NCBI RefSeq assembly: GCF_037042905.1
Contig: NC_087251.1
Coordinates: 47,990,001 to 48,054,000 of the forward strand
Direction: 5' to 3'
DNA length: 64,000 bases
Source of the DNA: Lytechinus pictus
Taxonomy: Eukaryota
Under the pieces are notes generated by a model. It was not told the origin of the DNA. It worked only from the letters and a program-made list of their open reading frames with translations, and ran no database searches. Shown piece by piece: positions 26,148-40,132 of this stretch; within the stretch, counting starts at the first letter, position 1; each line of letters starts with the position of its first letter. The translations under genes and the position numbers were made by a program.

Positions 26148-27167
26148 TTTGTCTCGCCTGCATAGCAGAGCGAGACTATAGGCGCCGCTTTTCCGACGGC
26201 GGCGGCGGCGGCGTCAACATCAAATCTTAACCTAAGGTTAAGTTTTTGAAATGACATCATAACTTAGAAAGTATATGGACCTAGTTCATGAAACTTGGAC
26301 ATAAGGTTGATCAAGTATTACTGAACATCCTGCCTGAGTTTCAGGTCACATGACCAAGGTCAAAGGTCATTTAGGGTCAATGAACTTAGACCATGTTGGG
26401 AAAATTATTTTCAAAATCTTAACCGAAGGTTAAGTTTTTGAAATGACATCATAACTTAGAAATTATATGGACCTAGTTCATAAAACTTGAGCATAAGGTT
26501 AATCAAGTATTAGTGAACATCCTGGTCGAGTTTCAGGTCACGTGATCAAGGTCAAAGGTCATTTAGGGTCAATGAACTTTGGTCAAGTAGGGGGTATTTG
26601 TTGAATTACTATCATAACTTTGAAAATTTATGGACCTAGTCCATGAAACTTGGACATAAGGTTAATCAAGTATTAGTGAACATCCTGGTCGAGTTTCAGG
26701 TCATCACGTGATCAAGGTCAAAGGTCATTTAGGGTCAATGAACTTTGGTCAAGTAGGGGGTATTTGTTGAATTACTATCATAACTTTGAAAATTTATGGA
26801 TCTAGTCCATGAAACTTGGACATAAGGTTAATCAAGTATTAGTGAACATCCTGCCTGAGTTTCAGGTCACAAAACCAAGTCAAAGGTCAGTTAAGGTCAA
26901 TAAACTTAGGCCATGTTGAGGTAATTGTTGAAGTGCCATCATAACTTTGAAAGTTTATGGATAGAGTGAATGAAATGTGGACATGGGTGTAGTTGACAGT
27001 CTTAAGTCTCTGTTCAAATGTCATTTATGGTCAATGAACGTGGTATTATGTCATTATATGAATGATGTTTTTGTGAATGATTATTTTATAGTAGTTTTCA
27101 AAGTTAGCACTGCTGCTATATTACATTGCGTAATGCAGGCGAGACTGCCAGAGGCGTTCCACTTGTT
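26148..27167 (+). mobile_element. Helentron/DINE-1-like (HINE) element, copy A
   Basis: Inserted in a T run; subterminal IR GTCTCGCCTGCA/TGCAGGCGAGAC; 5' hairpin; (GGC)n; central tandem units of about 125-165 bp; ends CCACTTGTT. Confidence 0.78.
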
Positions 27168-28977
27168 TAAAATATGCCTAGGCTAGGCTAGATCTATATT
27201 TTCACTAAAACATGTATTTCATTGAAAACATAACCAAAAGAATCTTTCTTTCCTTCCTTCCTTCCTTTCTTTGTTTATTTCCGCCTTTCTCCCTTTTTTA
27301 ATTCTCTCCTTGTCTTTAAAATTATCTTTCCTTCCTTCCGTTTATTCTTTCTTTTATTATTTCAATGATACACGTACACCTTTTTAAATGTTTAGCATGG
27401 TCTCCTACAAAGTACATGGAAACGTATGCTTATGATAGGAAATAAATTACAGAGCTATGATATTTTTGGTCATGATGGACAAGACAAATAACTTTGATAT
27501 AAAGGAAATACAATTAAACGGTTTCATGTTAGTAGTCATGTTAAAAAAAGTGGAAAAATTAGTCAATGGTATGTAATACTGTAAAGCTGCTAAACTTGTA
27601 AATTATTTTTGGGAAAGTTACATGTAAATATATTTTCTGGTAAGTATTTTCCTACTATCTGAAAATGTATTTGCTCAACCATGCAAGTACGTCTCCAGAC
27701 AGGTCCTCTCATTTTTATTTCTTCTCAGCTTGAATCTTTCATTTGGGTTTTGGTTTCTTTTAAATGCAAATTAGTCAGGAGCAAGAAATGTTCTGAATGT
27801 TTAAAAAGTTTTTGTCTGGACAGGAACAAAAGAAATGTACAGGTCTATTGAACTTTATAAAGAGGAATGCTACATGTACATGCTCCAGTGAACAAGTGCT
27901 CACTGCACAGGTTGAACTTGAAGCTGACTACATGTACATCATGTGTACATGAAGTGTTGAGAGACACACAAGCTGTTTGTATTTTACATTGTATGCTGTT
28001 TTCTGATGTCTGATCCTGATATCCTACAGTGTAAATATGTACTTTGTTGATTTTGGACACTGCATTGAGTCTTTTTATTTCCGTGACTTTTGTATGATGT
28101 AGGCCTATATTCATAAAAATAAGCCATGTTTCTATTCTTTAATGGAATTCATGTTTGCGATTTTAAAAGATAAATGGAGCTCATTTTGCTTCAATTTTAA
28201 TGGGTTTCCCCCCATCATTCTAATTTTTTCTTTTAGTTTTGTACATTTTCATAAGTTTTTTTGCCGTTGTATGTTATGATTTATTTAATCTTTTTTGTAT
28301 TGTTTGGTATCAATCGTATCTACCATACTTTTTAGAATCAAGTCTACTTTTTCAACAGACTTTTTCAACATATTTTTGGGCCATAGAAAACACCTTTTTC
28401 AGGTAGGAAAGGGGTTATGTTTTATTATATGCTTTTCAGATGCTTTTTTATCATCCCCGCAGAACGTTGGGTCAGGGCATCAGAAACGTTTGGACCATCT
28501 TAGGGAAACCTCCGTCTTATTCAGACAGATGAGCTGTCCAAGCATATGATAACTAGGGAGAGTACTTTGCAGTCTGCAACCAACTATCTGTGCTAAGAAT
28601 ACATGCTACACAACACAATGGAATAAAGTCTTAAGTTAGAACATGATTTAAATGAAGGTTTCCATGGCGACGAAGAAGAGTGTAGTGGTTTCACGGTGTG
28701 ACGGTACACCATGTATTCTTTCATGGTCCTGACAAAATAAAAAAAAAAGAGATTGATCCCATCTCATTTTCATTGGTCTTTCTTTTGCCATTTTGTGACT
28801 TTGGATTCAGACCAACATATGCCCACAAAGGAATACATATGATGATGTACCGTGAAACCACTACACTCTGGAACATGATTATTGTAACGAAAAGGATAAA
28901 AAGTAATCATGTGATGTATTTTTTTGTGTATTCTATTTAATCTATTAACAGTTTTACCCCCCTTTCATTTCTTACAG

Positions 28978-29026
28978 CAAGAGGGCTCTCTATGTGCCCA
29001 ACATTGTCTGAATTCATTATTACAAG
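28978..29026 (+). CDS. ATXN3: Ataxin-3 exon 2 (QEGSLCAQHCLNSLLQG, catalytic Cys14)
   Basis: TTACAG acceptor, GTGAG donor, 49 bp; Josephin signature. Confidence 0.95.
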
Positions 29027-29346
29027 GTGAGATAAGAATGATTCAATTTTTATCATTATTTATAATTCTTACCCTAATACTCGGGGGGGGGGGGGCACTG
29101 TCAAATTTACATCGGTACTTCCTAGTGCCTCAATATTTCAAAACAAGATTTCATGATTTCAATACCCAAGAAAATTGAAAACGATAAAAAAATACATAAA
29201 TAATTACCAAAACTTTTTTTTGAATTGATGAGTGAGTTATGAAAGACATTTGTACCAAAAATTGCTGTTTTTTAAGGCTTTATTTTAGTGAGAAATACCA
29301 AAATCTATGATTTCTTGCATTAATAAGCATAAATTAATTTATTTAA

Positions 29347-30112
29347 CCCTAATTCTCCCGGGGGGGGGGGCCATAATGGCCCCCCCCTTGACAATTTTCG
29401 CGATATATCTGCTGCGCAAATTTTTTTGACCTCGCCGCTCACTGACTTTTTACTTTCAAGTCTCGCGCAAATTTTGAGACCAAATTTGTGACGCCCGGGT
29501 ACACGGTTACGACATTACGCAACATTATGTAAGTGCATGTCAGACCCAAAATTGCTCATAAACGTGATTTCATGTACAAATCCAATGCAAATTGTGTATT
29601 TAGCCAAAATTCATAAATGTATCATTATTTCTACTTTTACTGATTAAACTGAATTAATTTTGCCTTGTTTATGATCAGAACTAAGTCTGGAATGATTTCC
29701 ATTGAAAAAACAATAAAAAACAAAAAGTAAAAAAACAAAGAAATACATAAGAAATTCATAAAACAATAAAATACATAAGAAATTGATTTCCGAACCGAAG
29801 TTTTTTTAATTGCGATTGTTAAGATTGCTACAAAGAATTTTTTTACCAAAAATTAGCATTCTAGGAGCTTTATTTAGTGAATTATAGCAAAAAGTATGAT
29901 TTATGCATAAATTAGCATAATTAATTCATATAAAATAAAATCTCATTATTTTGGAAAATTTTACCATACAGCCTTGTAGATTACATCGCACACTACCAGT
30001 GTGCAAATTTTTGCGTCGCTCGCGCAATCGGCGGCCGAGATCTTAAGGGGGGGCCATAATGGCCCCCCCCCCCGGGATTGACAAGAATCAAAATACCCCG
30101 GGAGATTGAGGG
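29347..30112. mobile_element. piggyBac-like MITE nested in an older relative
   Basis: TTAA|CCCT.A.TCTCCCGGGG ... CCCCGGGAGATTGAGGG|TTAA; related fragments at about 13319-13700, 60040-60697 and 61217-61813. Confidence 0.78.
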
Positions 30113-30984
30113 TTAAAACAAGTTAAAGGACTTTCGTAAATTTAGCTATATAACTTTGTACACTACATAGTTCTTGACCCTTCTGCAAAATTTTGAGGAA
30201 ATCAGGCGACCCATGGCTGAGATCACCGCAGGGGGGGGGCATAACCTTTATTATATATGTACAGTATAGAATATAAAATATTTTTATTTTTACAGATTTG
30301 GCAATATGTGATTATCTTCATTGAATCACTACAGGTTGTAATACTTGCAATCCCACATATTGCATAAGAGGAATTATTAAGCATGGTAACAGTTTAATGA
30401 GGAAAAAATTGAAATATTTCATATCGACATTAAATGTATGCAATCCAAGTGATAGGCCTAATGGTTGGATAATGTCATTGGTTAATACCTCATTCGCATA
30501 CTGACCAGGATGTGCTTCTAGCCATTATATGAAATTCAGTGGGACTTTAAAATGTCATAACTTGAAAAAAATTTTTTTTTACATTTTTGTATATGATTAT
30601 GATGATATTTCAGCATTATATTTGTTTGATTTTCTCTTTTCACTCAAATCAATTTTTTTCTTCAATGGTAATATAATGTAAATTGGTGTTCAATGTTATG
30701 CAAATAATTAAAATATAACAGACCATGCATTATTATGATTTCTCATTCTTGCTCCTACTTTGCAATAGGTTCATATTAAAATTTTTTTTTTTTTTACATT
30801 TTTGTATATGATTATGATGAGATTTCAGCATTATGTTTGTTTTCGATTTTATCTTTTCACTCAAATCAATTTTTTCTTCAATGGTAATATAATGTAAATT
30901 GGTGTTCAATGTTATGCAAATAATTAAAATATAACAGACCATGCATTATTATGATTTCTCATTCTTGCTCCTACTTTGCAATAG

Positions 30985-31100
30985 GTTCGTATTTCAGTGC
31001 AGTAGATCTTGCTACCATTGCCCAGGAGCTAGATGATGTTGAAGGGGCTCACATGGCTGAAGGAGGAGTAGACTCGGTGGAATACCTCAGGTTCCAAGAA
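30985..31100 (+). CDS. ATXN3: Ataxin-3 exon 3 (SYFSAVDLATIAQELDD...MAEGG...RFQE)
   Basis: AG/GTAAGT boundaries, 116 bp. Confidence 0.93.
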
Positions 31101-31831
31101 GTAAGTACAAGAATGTACATCTACAAGGGGAAGGCCAATGTCTCGCTAACTTTATATAATGACGACCCTGACCGGACCCAAAAATTCAATTGACAAATCA
31201 TACATGTACCAATCGAAAGCTTGAAGTACTGAAGACAGCAATGCAAGCTTTATGCATATTCACTGCTTTTTAACACCAGCTGAATATTTTGCTTAAGAGT
31301 TGTCACACTTCGGTACTCTATAGGCCCATATGCCACCATGGGCGGAAATCTGTCCCCAAAGGTAGGGGGGACCAGGGGCTGGAAAATTTGACAAGCAAAA
31401 AAAAAAAAAAAAAAGGTTTTCACAAGAAATGTAAGGTCAAAATACGTATATTATATCGATTGTGAATGATGTATTTCTCTCCATCATAAAAGACCCAAAA
31501 TAGGGTACATTTGATATTCTGTCCCCCCTACTATTTTTGGTAGGGTTTGATCCGATCAATCGTAACTCTGGAAATCCATCAGTGTCATAATTTTTGCTAC
31601 ATGTCAAAAATGTCCTTTGTAAACAAAGGAGAACACACCGAACTGTCAAGAAATCAATGAATTTATGGATGTACATTCATATCTAGAAAATTTTTGAGCA
31701 AACATGCATTTTATATGTTGACTTTGTTGGCTTTCCATAGTTGCGATTGATCGGATCAATCGCAAGTCTTTGTAAGACGGGCCCCTGGTTTCTATTTTGC
31801 TTCAATAAATTCGACTCTTTCTTTTTAACAG

Positions 31832-31962
31832 CAACCGTCTTCAAATATGGATGATAGTGGTTTCTTTTCTGTGCAAGTCATCAGCAAGGCTCTATCTGTT
31901 TGGGGATTGGTCAGTATTCCTATTGGTAGTTCAGAGGCTGGTTCCGCTTCAGTTTTTCCTGA
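31832..31962 (+). CDS. ATXN3: Ataxin-3 exon 4 (QPSSNMDDSGFFSVQVISKALSVWGL...)
   Basis: AG/GTAAGT boundaries, 131 bp; NMDDSGFFS motif. Confidence 0.95.
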
Positions 31963-33654
31963 GTAAGTACAAATCAATTAGAGGGTCGATTTCATAAAAA
32001 AACTATGGTATCTTTGCCATTATTGCAACTTCCATGGAAACCTTGATAGTGATTGGCTGCTGAGCTCTTTCAGGTATAGTTTCCATAATGGCAAAGTTAC
32101 CAAAGTTATAATTCTTTTACGAAATGGGCCCCAGGCTCTTTCATATTTTACAAAACTCATTAAAATCCTGTACCCGTATCACTACTTCATATTTGCCATC
32201 CTACATCACGTACCTGCATAGCGCCAACTTAATGTGTTCCGCCATCTTGCTTGTTGGTCGCCGATAAAATGCGCATTTTCGGATTTTTTTACGCTCAGTC
32301 ATTATCCATGACTGAAACATTGACCAATCAAAAACTAAGATTCTACAAGAAATATGAATATTCATATAGACATAGATAATTCAGTTTTATGTGAAATTTA
32401 AACCCAATAATTCAAAATAGGGTTAGTTTTATGTCTCTAAAATGACCCTCAAATAATAATAATAATAATGGTCTTTATTGGTACATCAAAAAACATTCGT
32501 TGCAGCCAAAGGCTGAATTACAAATGCTAGTACAAGGTAAAAAATATGACATATAAATTGACAAAATAACGCAAATATACAAACAAGGTATATATTATAT
32601 ATGGATAAAAACAAATAAATAAATAGATAAAACAGCCAGTCAATATACACAATAAAGAGTGACCTCTATTCGACCTTGCAAAAGTAGCAAGAAACATAAA
32701 TGAGTGGCGATATGGAATTAGGTTGATAAAAAATTAATAAGTACGTGTGGAATGGAAAAAGTAAGAACAGGGAAAAAGAAATGCTTAACAATTGGCATAG
32801 TCATTGAATAGCATTGTGGATTACTGGGTTATAAAGAGAACAATAAATCGGTGTAATTGAACAAAAAGGCGGTTAACAAGGTCGAATGGAGCACTGAAAC
32901 ATATAGATTGTTGGACATGCATCGAAGTTTTAACAAAAGTACAAATCCGCCCCAGCAAAAAGTCGACCCGAACGAATAGATAACCGAAATAAGCATATAC
33001 ATGTAGCACTCTACATTTTACATTCTAGCCGATCCACCTCTATTCATTCAAATCAACCTGCAGTCGGGGCAGACTTTGCTTACAAGAGGAAAGGGAAAGG
33101 GAGAATGGAGAAACAGAAAATTGAAGGAAAGAAGAAAAAAAAGATATAGGAGAGAGGAAGAGAAAGCAAAGATAGATGCAATGCCAACAGTATTAAATAT
33201 TACATATTGCGAGTACAACATGCTATTAAAAAAAGGAAAACGTAAAAAAATGTAAGAGACAAAATTGCAACTCTTCTATCCTGTTATACGTCACTGTAAT
33301 TGCACTACATGATTGCACTTAATACTGGATGTGTATGTATATAAAGCATTCAAATATCAATTATACCATGTATTACCTTACTTCATAATCAAATTACTCA
33401 AGTGTTTTGTGTACTGCAAGATAGAAAAAGAAGGAAAGAAGACAAAACGAATGAGAGAAAGGGAAAAAAGGTGATGGAGGAATATAGTATCGAGACAATG
33501 AAGGTGGACATGATAAGGGGATGACAGAGAGAAGAGGAGGAAAATGAAGATGAGAGAAAGAGAGAGGGGAGAGGGTACAAGAGGAAAGATAGGGAAGGAG
33601 ACAGAGTAAGAAATGAAGGAGAGGAAGAGTAAAACTTGCAGTCAACACTATACA

Positions 33655-35742
33655 TGAATGAATGAATGAATTGAATATATTAGAACTTCACTGGCAATTG
33701 CCAATATTTTGTTCATAACAAGAAGTACAAAATGATACAAGACAAATATACAATGCAAGGAATATAAGCAAATAAACAAAAACAAAATAGTATTTCGTCA
33801 AAAAGAAAAAAAAGAAAAAAAAAGAAAAAAGAAGCAACTTGTAAATTATATACAAATATACACAATAAACATAGGAATCATTCGGATAGATATTTTGACA
33901 ATGAATATAGAGACTGATATCCAAGAAAAGGTAAAGAAAACATAAAGAAAGTGAGAGAGGAAAGGGAAATAAAGAGGAAAGAAGTTCGAAAATGGAGAGA
34001 GCGGGAAAGAGAGGAAGAATGAGAAGAATGGCATTACATGTAAACTCATTGTGTAAAAATATTGCGAATATATAATAGTAATATAAGTGTTTACCGGTTG
34101 ATATTTTTAGTACTTAGAAATCACCCCTAATAGCAATTATGTTTTGGACAAAAGAACAAAACAATTTAATCAAGGCTTCAGTTTCTAATTTCATGATGTA
34201 GATAAAAATTTTCCTGGCAGTCCATTTCAGTAAACCTAATATTGAAGGTAATTATCTTTTCAAAAAAATCTTTACGCAAATCTTTATATTTGTTACATTT
34301 CATGATAATGTGGAACTCGTCCCCGACAAAATTCAAATTACAATCTTCACAAAATCTCAGGTTAGGTGGTATCTTCTCCGGTCTTTTGTACCTCCCTGTT
34401 TCTATTGGTAGATTATGAGCGCTCAGTCAGAGCTTGGTTATATTTTTTCTCAAATTGACATTGTGTATTGATTGAATATAAATAATTTTCTTGTCTTATA
34501 TTGAATTTGAATTGCCTAAAAGTTCTTAGTTTATTTCCTTCCCTAGTGTCCCTGTCGTTAAATAAATCCAATTCAAATTGTTCGTCACATCTTCTTTCCA
34601 ATGATGTTTTGCATATTGTAATAAATTCTTTTTGGGAAATTGGTATATTTTCTGGATCAAGTATGGGGGTGTCATTTTTCCGACAAATATCTAGTATGTT
34701 AAAAATATCCTGAATTGTCTTAAGCCAGCAATTGTTTCCGTTATTCAATAGACTTACATTTTCTACAAAAGCTTTGTAAACCAAACTATTTTCGTCCATA
34801 TTGCGTATTCGAATCTAATATTCAAGTATATTTATGGCAATTTGGATGACTTTTGGATATCTACCGATTTCCGATGTCGCTGCTAAATTACTGCATTTGC
34901 GGTTTACCCCAAGAATATATTTACAAAATTGAATGTGCACCTTTTCAGATTCGTGTTTAAAATATAGCCCTGTTTTCCCATCCATTAATTGTAGATTTTT
35001 TTCCATGTCTATAACATTAGCACCCCAAATTTCAGATCCATAAAGTAATATCGGTTGTATCGTTGCATCGAAAAGATGCAACAAGGTTTTAGTGCTAGAA
35101 GTATAGGAACCAAAAGATTTGTACAATTTGAACAATGCTCTTCTCGCTTTATCAGCTAAATCCCTTGCGGCCATTTTAAGTGATCCATTATTTGCAAAAA
35201 CAATACCAAGATATTTAATTTCCCTAACAGTGCATAGTGTTTCTCCATTAATTTCAAATGAAACCCCTTCGTTCGATCTCCCTGATTTTGAGCACACCAT
35301 AATCTTAGTCTTAGATACATTTATGTTTAACATCCAGGATTTACAGTATGCGGTGAATTTATCTAAACAGTGTTGCATACCTTTAGGGGATTTCGACACA
35401 ATAACAAGATCATCAGCATACATTATACAATTTAGTTCTTTATCAAAAAGTGTTACTGGATCGCTTACTGATGTATCAAATATATTAGTTATGTCATTTA
35501 CAAATAAATTAAATAAAGTTGGATTAATTACGCAACCCTGTTTTACTCCAATATTAGTATGGAAATATGGGATAACACCTTCGTCTAATTTGATCGATAC
35601 TTTACATTTTGAATACATGTCACGGATGACTCTTAAGAAATTTCCACCAATTCCATGTTCTAGTAGTTTGTACCAGAGACCATCCCTCCAAACGTTGTCA
35701 AAAGCCTTTCTTAAGTCTACAAAGCATACATATAATTTATTG
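33655..35742 (-). mobile_element. Truncated, frameshifted LINE (RTE-X-like RT) in ATXN3 intron 4
   Basis: FVDLRKAFD, GVKQGC, YADD, KYLG, LLYGSEIWG; downstream ORF 34413..34799; (TTCA)n tail near 33655; boundaries approximate. Confidence 0.8.
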
Positions 35743-35764
35743 TACATATACATGTACATATCTC

Positions 35765-38700
35765 ATACATTTCAATTAAGTAGCAACAGCTTCTTATAAC
35801 AATAACATGGGAAAAACTAGTGGAAGATAAAAAGAGAGAAGAAAATGAAAGAAGGAGAGGGGTGACAGAGAAAAATAGGATAGTAAGAGGAGAGAGGAAA
35901 GAGAGTGCAAGGTTTTCCCCGACATCATTACAAGGTATTAAGTGACTCAATAAGGTATGGAATAGGACTCCTCCTGTACCTTTCTGTTCTACATCTCACC
36001 ACTGGGTACTGTACTGTATTTCTTAAGGCTGAAGAGTACCTATTCTGGCGGGGTGTTGGGAGCCAGTCCCTGAACTGAGTTGACTTTAACAAGGACCCTG
36101 CAAATCTGCACCATAAATCATGCCTACGAATTTCAAGAGAGTGCAGTTGTGTTAGCTGCAATGCATTTGGATACGACACGTAATGTTCACCTAATATTAT
36201 CCTTAGGGCTCGTTTTTATATTCTTTCAATTTGGAGGGCCTGTTGTTTATTAAGGCCAGGGTGCCAAGCAGGGACAGCGTATTCTACCATCGGCCTCACA
36301 TAACCTGTGTATATTATAAGCAAATCTTTCTCAGGAAGCTTAAAGGGTTTCAAAGATCGTAACATGAACAATCTTTTGCCAGCTTTGGAGAGCATGGCAC
36401 TCACGTGATTGTTCCACTAAAGGTTGGACTGTAAGATTATGCCAAGGATCCTTACAGCATCAACTTCAGTCAAGGTCTGGCCATTTAAACTACATTGTAC
36501 AGGGGGCAACATAGCTCTACCGAAGTCAATTCTCATTACATGACATTTAGAAGCATTCAGATTCATGTTATTTGTAGTACACCAGTTATCTAGTTCCCGG
36601 AGGGTGGTCTGCATCTCACTGGCCGATCCCCGCTGTGTTGACTCCGCTATCGTCATGTCGTCGACGTATTTCCAGTGTTCAACACATGATGATGTTAACG
36701 CATCATTGATCAGGACCAGGAACAGAGCAGGGCCTAATCGTGTTCCTTGCGGTACACCTGCATGGAGATACCTACTAGAGGACAGACAGTCACGGTAGCG
36801 AACACGCTGGGATCGGTCAGTTGGGAAGCTTGCAATCCAAGATATCAGGAAAGGGTTGACATGTAGATCTACCAGTTTTGATACGGTAACAGTATGGTCT
36901 ACCCTATCAAATGCCTTAGAGAAATCTGTAGTTACCATCACAGTCGTTGTACCCTGCTTATCTGCATTTTTACAGAGAAAGTTGACAATATCTACTAAGC
37001 AATGTGTACATGACATACCAGGCCTACTACCAAACTGTTTAATGTCAAGGGATAGGGAAACAGCTGACATTAGCCACCTAGTAATGAACAACTCTGCCAA
37101 TTTTGCAAAGTGATCTGTGAGTGCAATTGGTCTGAGTTTATCAAATCTGGCAGGTTTCTCTTTTGGAATTGGGACTACAATTGCTTGCTTCCACTGAATT
37201 GGGACAATACACTCAGAATAAGAACAGTTCAGAATGTGACTAAGTGGGGAACTCAGTTCCGGTGCGAACATTTTGATAAGTCTTGCAGAGATTCCATCCG
37301 GTCCCGAAGACTTTCCTGGGGTCACTTTCTGCAGTTCTCGCATTACGTCCCATGGTTCAACTCTTGGAAGAGGTTTATAGGGTATTCCGTGTGATGGAAG
37401 TTTGGACGGGTCCAAGGGTGGTATACCACTAGAGACGTTGGTGAAGTGCGCATTGATATATTCAGCTACAACATCAACCTGTGACTGGTCAACTTCAGGA
37501 ACAAAGATCGACTTGTCGGATCGGTGATGCGATGTCATGAGCTTTATGTGTTTATACCATGACGCAGGATCATCATTTTTGTCTCACCTGCATAGCAGAG
37601 TGAGACTATAGGCGCCGCTTTTCCGACGGCGGCGGCGGCGGCGTCAACACCAAATCTTAACCTGAGGTTAAGTTTTTGAAATGACAGCATAACTTAGAAA
37701 GTATATGGACCTAGTTCATGAAACTTGGCCATAAGGTTAATCAAGTATTACTGAACATCCTGCCTGAGTTTCATGTCACATGACCAAGGTCAAAGGTCAT
37801 TTAGGGTCAATGAACTTAGACCATGTTGGGGGAATCAACATCAAAATCTTAACCTAAGGTTAAGTTTTTGAAATGTCATCATAACTTAGAAAATATATGG
37901 ACCTAGTTCATGAAACTTATACATAAGGTTAATCAAGTATCACTGAACATCCTGCATGAGTTTCACATCACATGACCAAGGTCAAAGGTCATTTAGGGTC
38001 AATGAACTTTGGCCGAATTGGGGGTATCTGTTGAATTACCATCATAACTTTGAAAGTTTATGGATCTGATTCATGAAACTTGGACATAATAGTAATCAAG
38101 TATTACTGAACATCCTGTGCAAGTTTCAGGTCACATGATCAAGGTCAAAGGTCATTTAGGGTCAATGAACTTTGGCCAAATTGGGGTATTTGTTGAATTA
38201 CAGCCATAAATTTGAAAGTGTGTTGGTCTAGTTCATAAAACTTGGACATAATAGTAATCAAGTATCACTGAACATCCTGTGCGAGTTTCAGGTCACATGA
38301 TCAAGGTCAAAGGTCATGTAAGGTCAAAGAACTTTGGCCACGTTGGGGGTATTCGTTGAATTGCCATCATATCTCTATAAGTGTATTGGTCTAGTTCATA
38401 AAACGTGGAAATAAGAGTAACCAAGTATCACTGAACATCTTGTGCGAGTTATAGTAGTTTTCAAAATCAGCACTGCTGCTATATTGAATCGCGTGATGCA
38501 GGTGAGACGGCCAGAGGCATTCCACTTGTTCAGTTTAGCAACTCGGTCATGATAAAACTCCTGTTTCGCCCGACGAATAGATCGGCAGATTTTATTGCGA
38601 CATGCTCTCCATTCACTTGGCGGGCCATTGACAAAGAGACGTTGTCGTTTATTAATCAGCGATTTCACTTCAGGGGTTATCCACGGTTTGTCCCTTGGAT

Positions 38701-39699
38701 GAACTCGAATCGTCTTCAGGGGAAAGAATGTCTCAAGGCCTTGCTGGAGGATGGAATAAAATTCATCACATTTAGAGTATCTGGGGCGTCATGGACATTC
38801 GACCAAGACTGGTCCGAGATCCACCTTCCAAAACATCTTGCATCCGAGTCCCGGATAGGTCGTAAGATGCGTTTTCTAGTCACGTTCGGCTTTCGGGGAA
38901 ATACGTCTTTTGGGATCCATGTTACCACGTTATGGTCGCTACTCCCGAGAGGAGACGTAACGACAACTTCCCGATAGTAGTCACTAAGATTGGTTAAGAT
39001 CTTATCCAGGATTGCGTCGAGTCTTGTGGGCTTATCAACAACCTGTCGAAGCGAACAGTTGACACAAATATCATCTGTATTCAACTGGTTGAAGTCACCG
39101 AGAACAATCAAACCACATGACGGATGAGTCGATCGCAGATTATCAACTGACTGGACGATGTCATTGATTAATTGTTCTTCAGTTCCACTATTTGGAGGAG
39201 AATACACAACAGCTATGTAGATACTGGATATTTCCCGCGGGAGGCGACGGGGACGTACATGTATTTGCACCCAGGTGATTTCAAGTTCATCAGGAACAGC
39301 AATGCCTATAACAGGAGAAGGGTTAAGTTCATCTCTTATGATCAAAGATACCCCTCCCCCTCTCCGTCTGGTGCGACATTTTGAGAAATGTGAGTATCCT
39401 TGGACTGAAAAACATTCCACAGTATCTGATGTCATCCATGATTCAGTCACAGCACACGCATCAATGTCATTATCTCTAAGAAATACCTCAAGCTCATCAA
39501 ACTTATTGGTCGTGGACCTCAGGTTACTCATGAAGAAATGTGGTAAATTGTAGCTTACCCGACATGGTTTGAGGTCTCTACCAACTTGAACAAGATTCCG
39601 ATGGTCTGCGGTCCCTTTTGTTTTTGTTAAAACAGGAACATGTCGATTTGAGATACGGGTATCAATACGACGAGAATCTTGTGATAAATAGTTTAACAT
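35765..39699 (-). mobile_element. LINE ORF2 with APE endonuclease and RT (CR1/L2 group), with stops and frameshifts
   Basis: EN motifs (VTESW, GGGV, VYSPP, GDFN, SDH) in 38716..39699; RT motifs (DFSKAFD, GVPQG, YVDD) in 36417..37538; C-terminal pieces at 35928-36404. Confidence 0.92.
37578..38530 (+). mobile_element. Helentron/DINE-1-like element, copy B, inserted into a LINE ORF2
   Basis: Same architecture; removing it restores the LINE frame VAKL|KNDDPASWYK. Confidence 0.82.
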
Positions 39700-40132
39700 T
39701 CATACAAAAGAAATACTTGTATTGAGTGTGTGATGCCAAGTGGTTGCCTCATTTGCGTACATGTATCAACCAGGATGTGTATATAACTCATTTTGAAATT
39801 TAGCCAACTAAAAATCTTCCTTATTTTACATCAATTTTAATGAAATTTTGAGGTGAGTGTTGTGCTTGTTTGATTTTTTTCTTTTTAATCAAAACGATTT
39901 TTTATTCATTTATTTTTTATTTATTTGTTATTCATTATTTTTTGGGTGGGGAGGGAGGGGTGGTAGGTTTTGTCTTCTACGTGTTGATCTGTGCATTGAA
40001 TCAGACCATTTGGCCTTCCTGTTAATGTAAAAGTTTTGTGACAAGATTACTTTCTAGGAGAAACGATATAGCTGGAGCTTAAAGATATCAAACAAAAATG
40101 CCCTGAATGTTGGATATTATGACTTATCCATT

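Noticed and set aside
26220..26960. Regularly spaced repeats resembling a CRISPR array
   Set aside because: Whole units repeat without unique spacers; eukaryotic Helentron core; no cas genes.
35119..35799. 226-aa plus-strand ORF
   Set aside because: Antisense shadow of the LINE RT frame.
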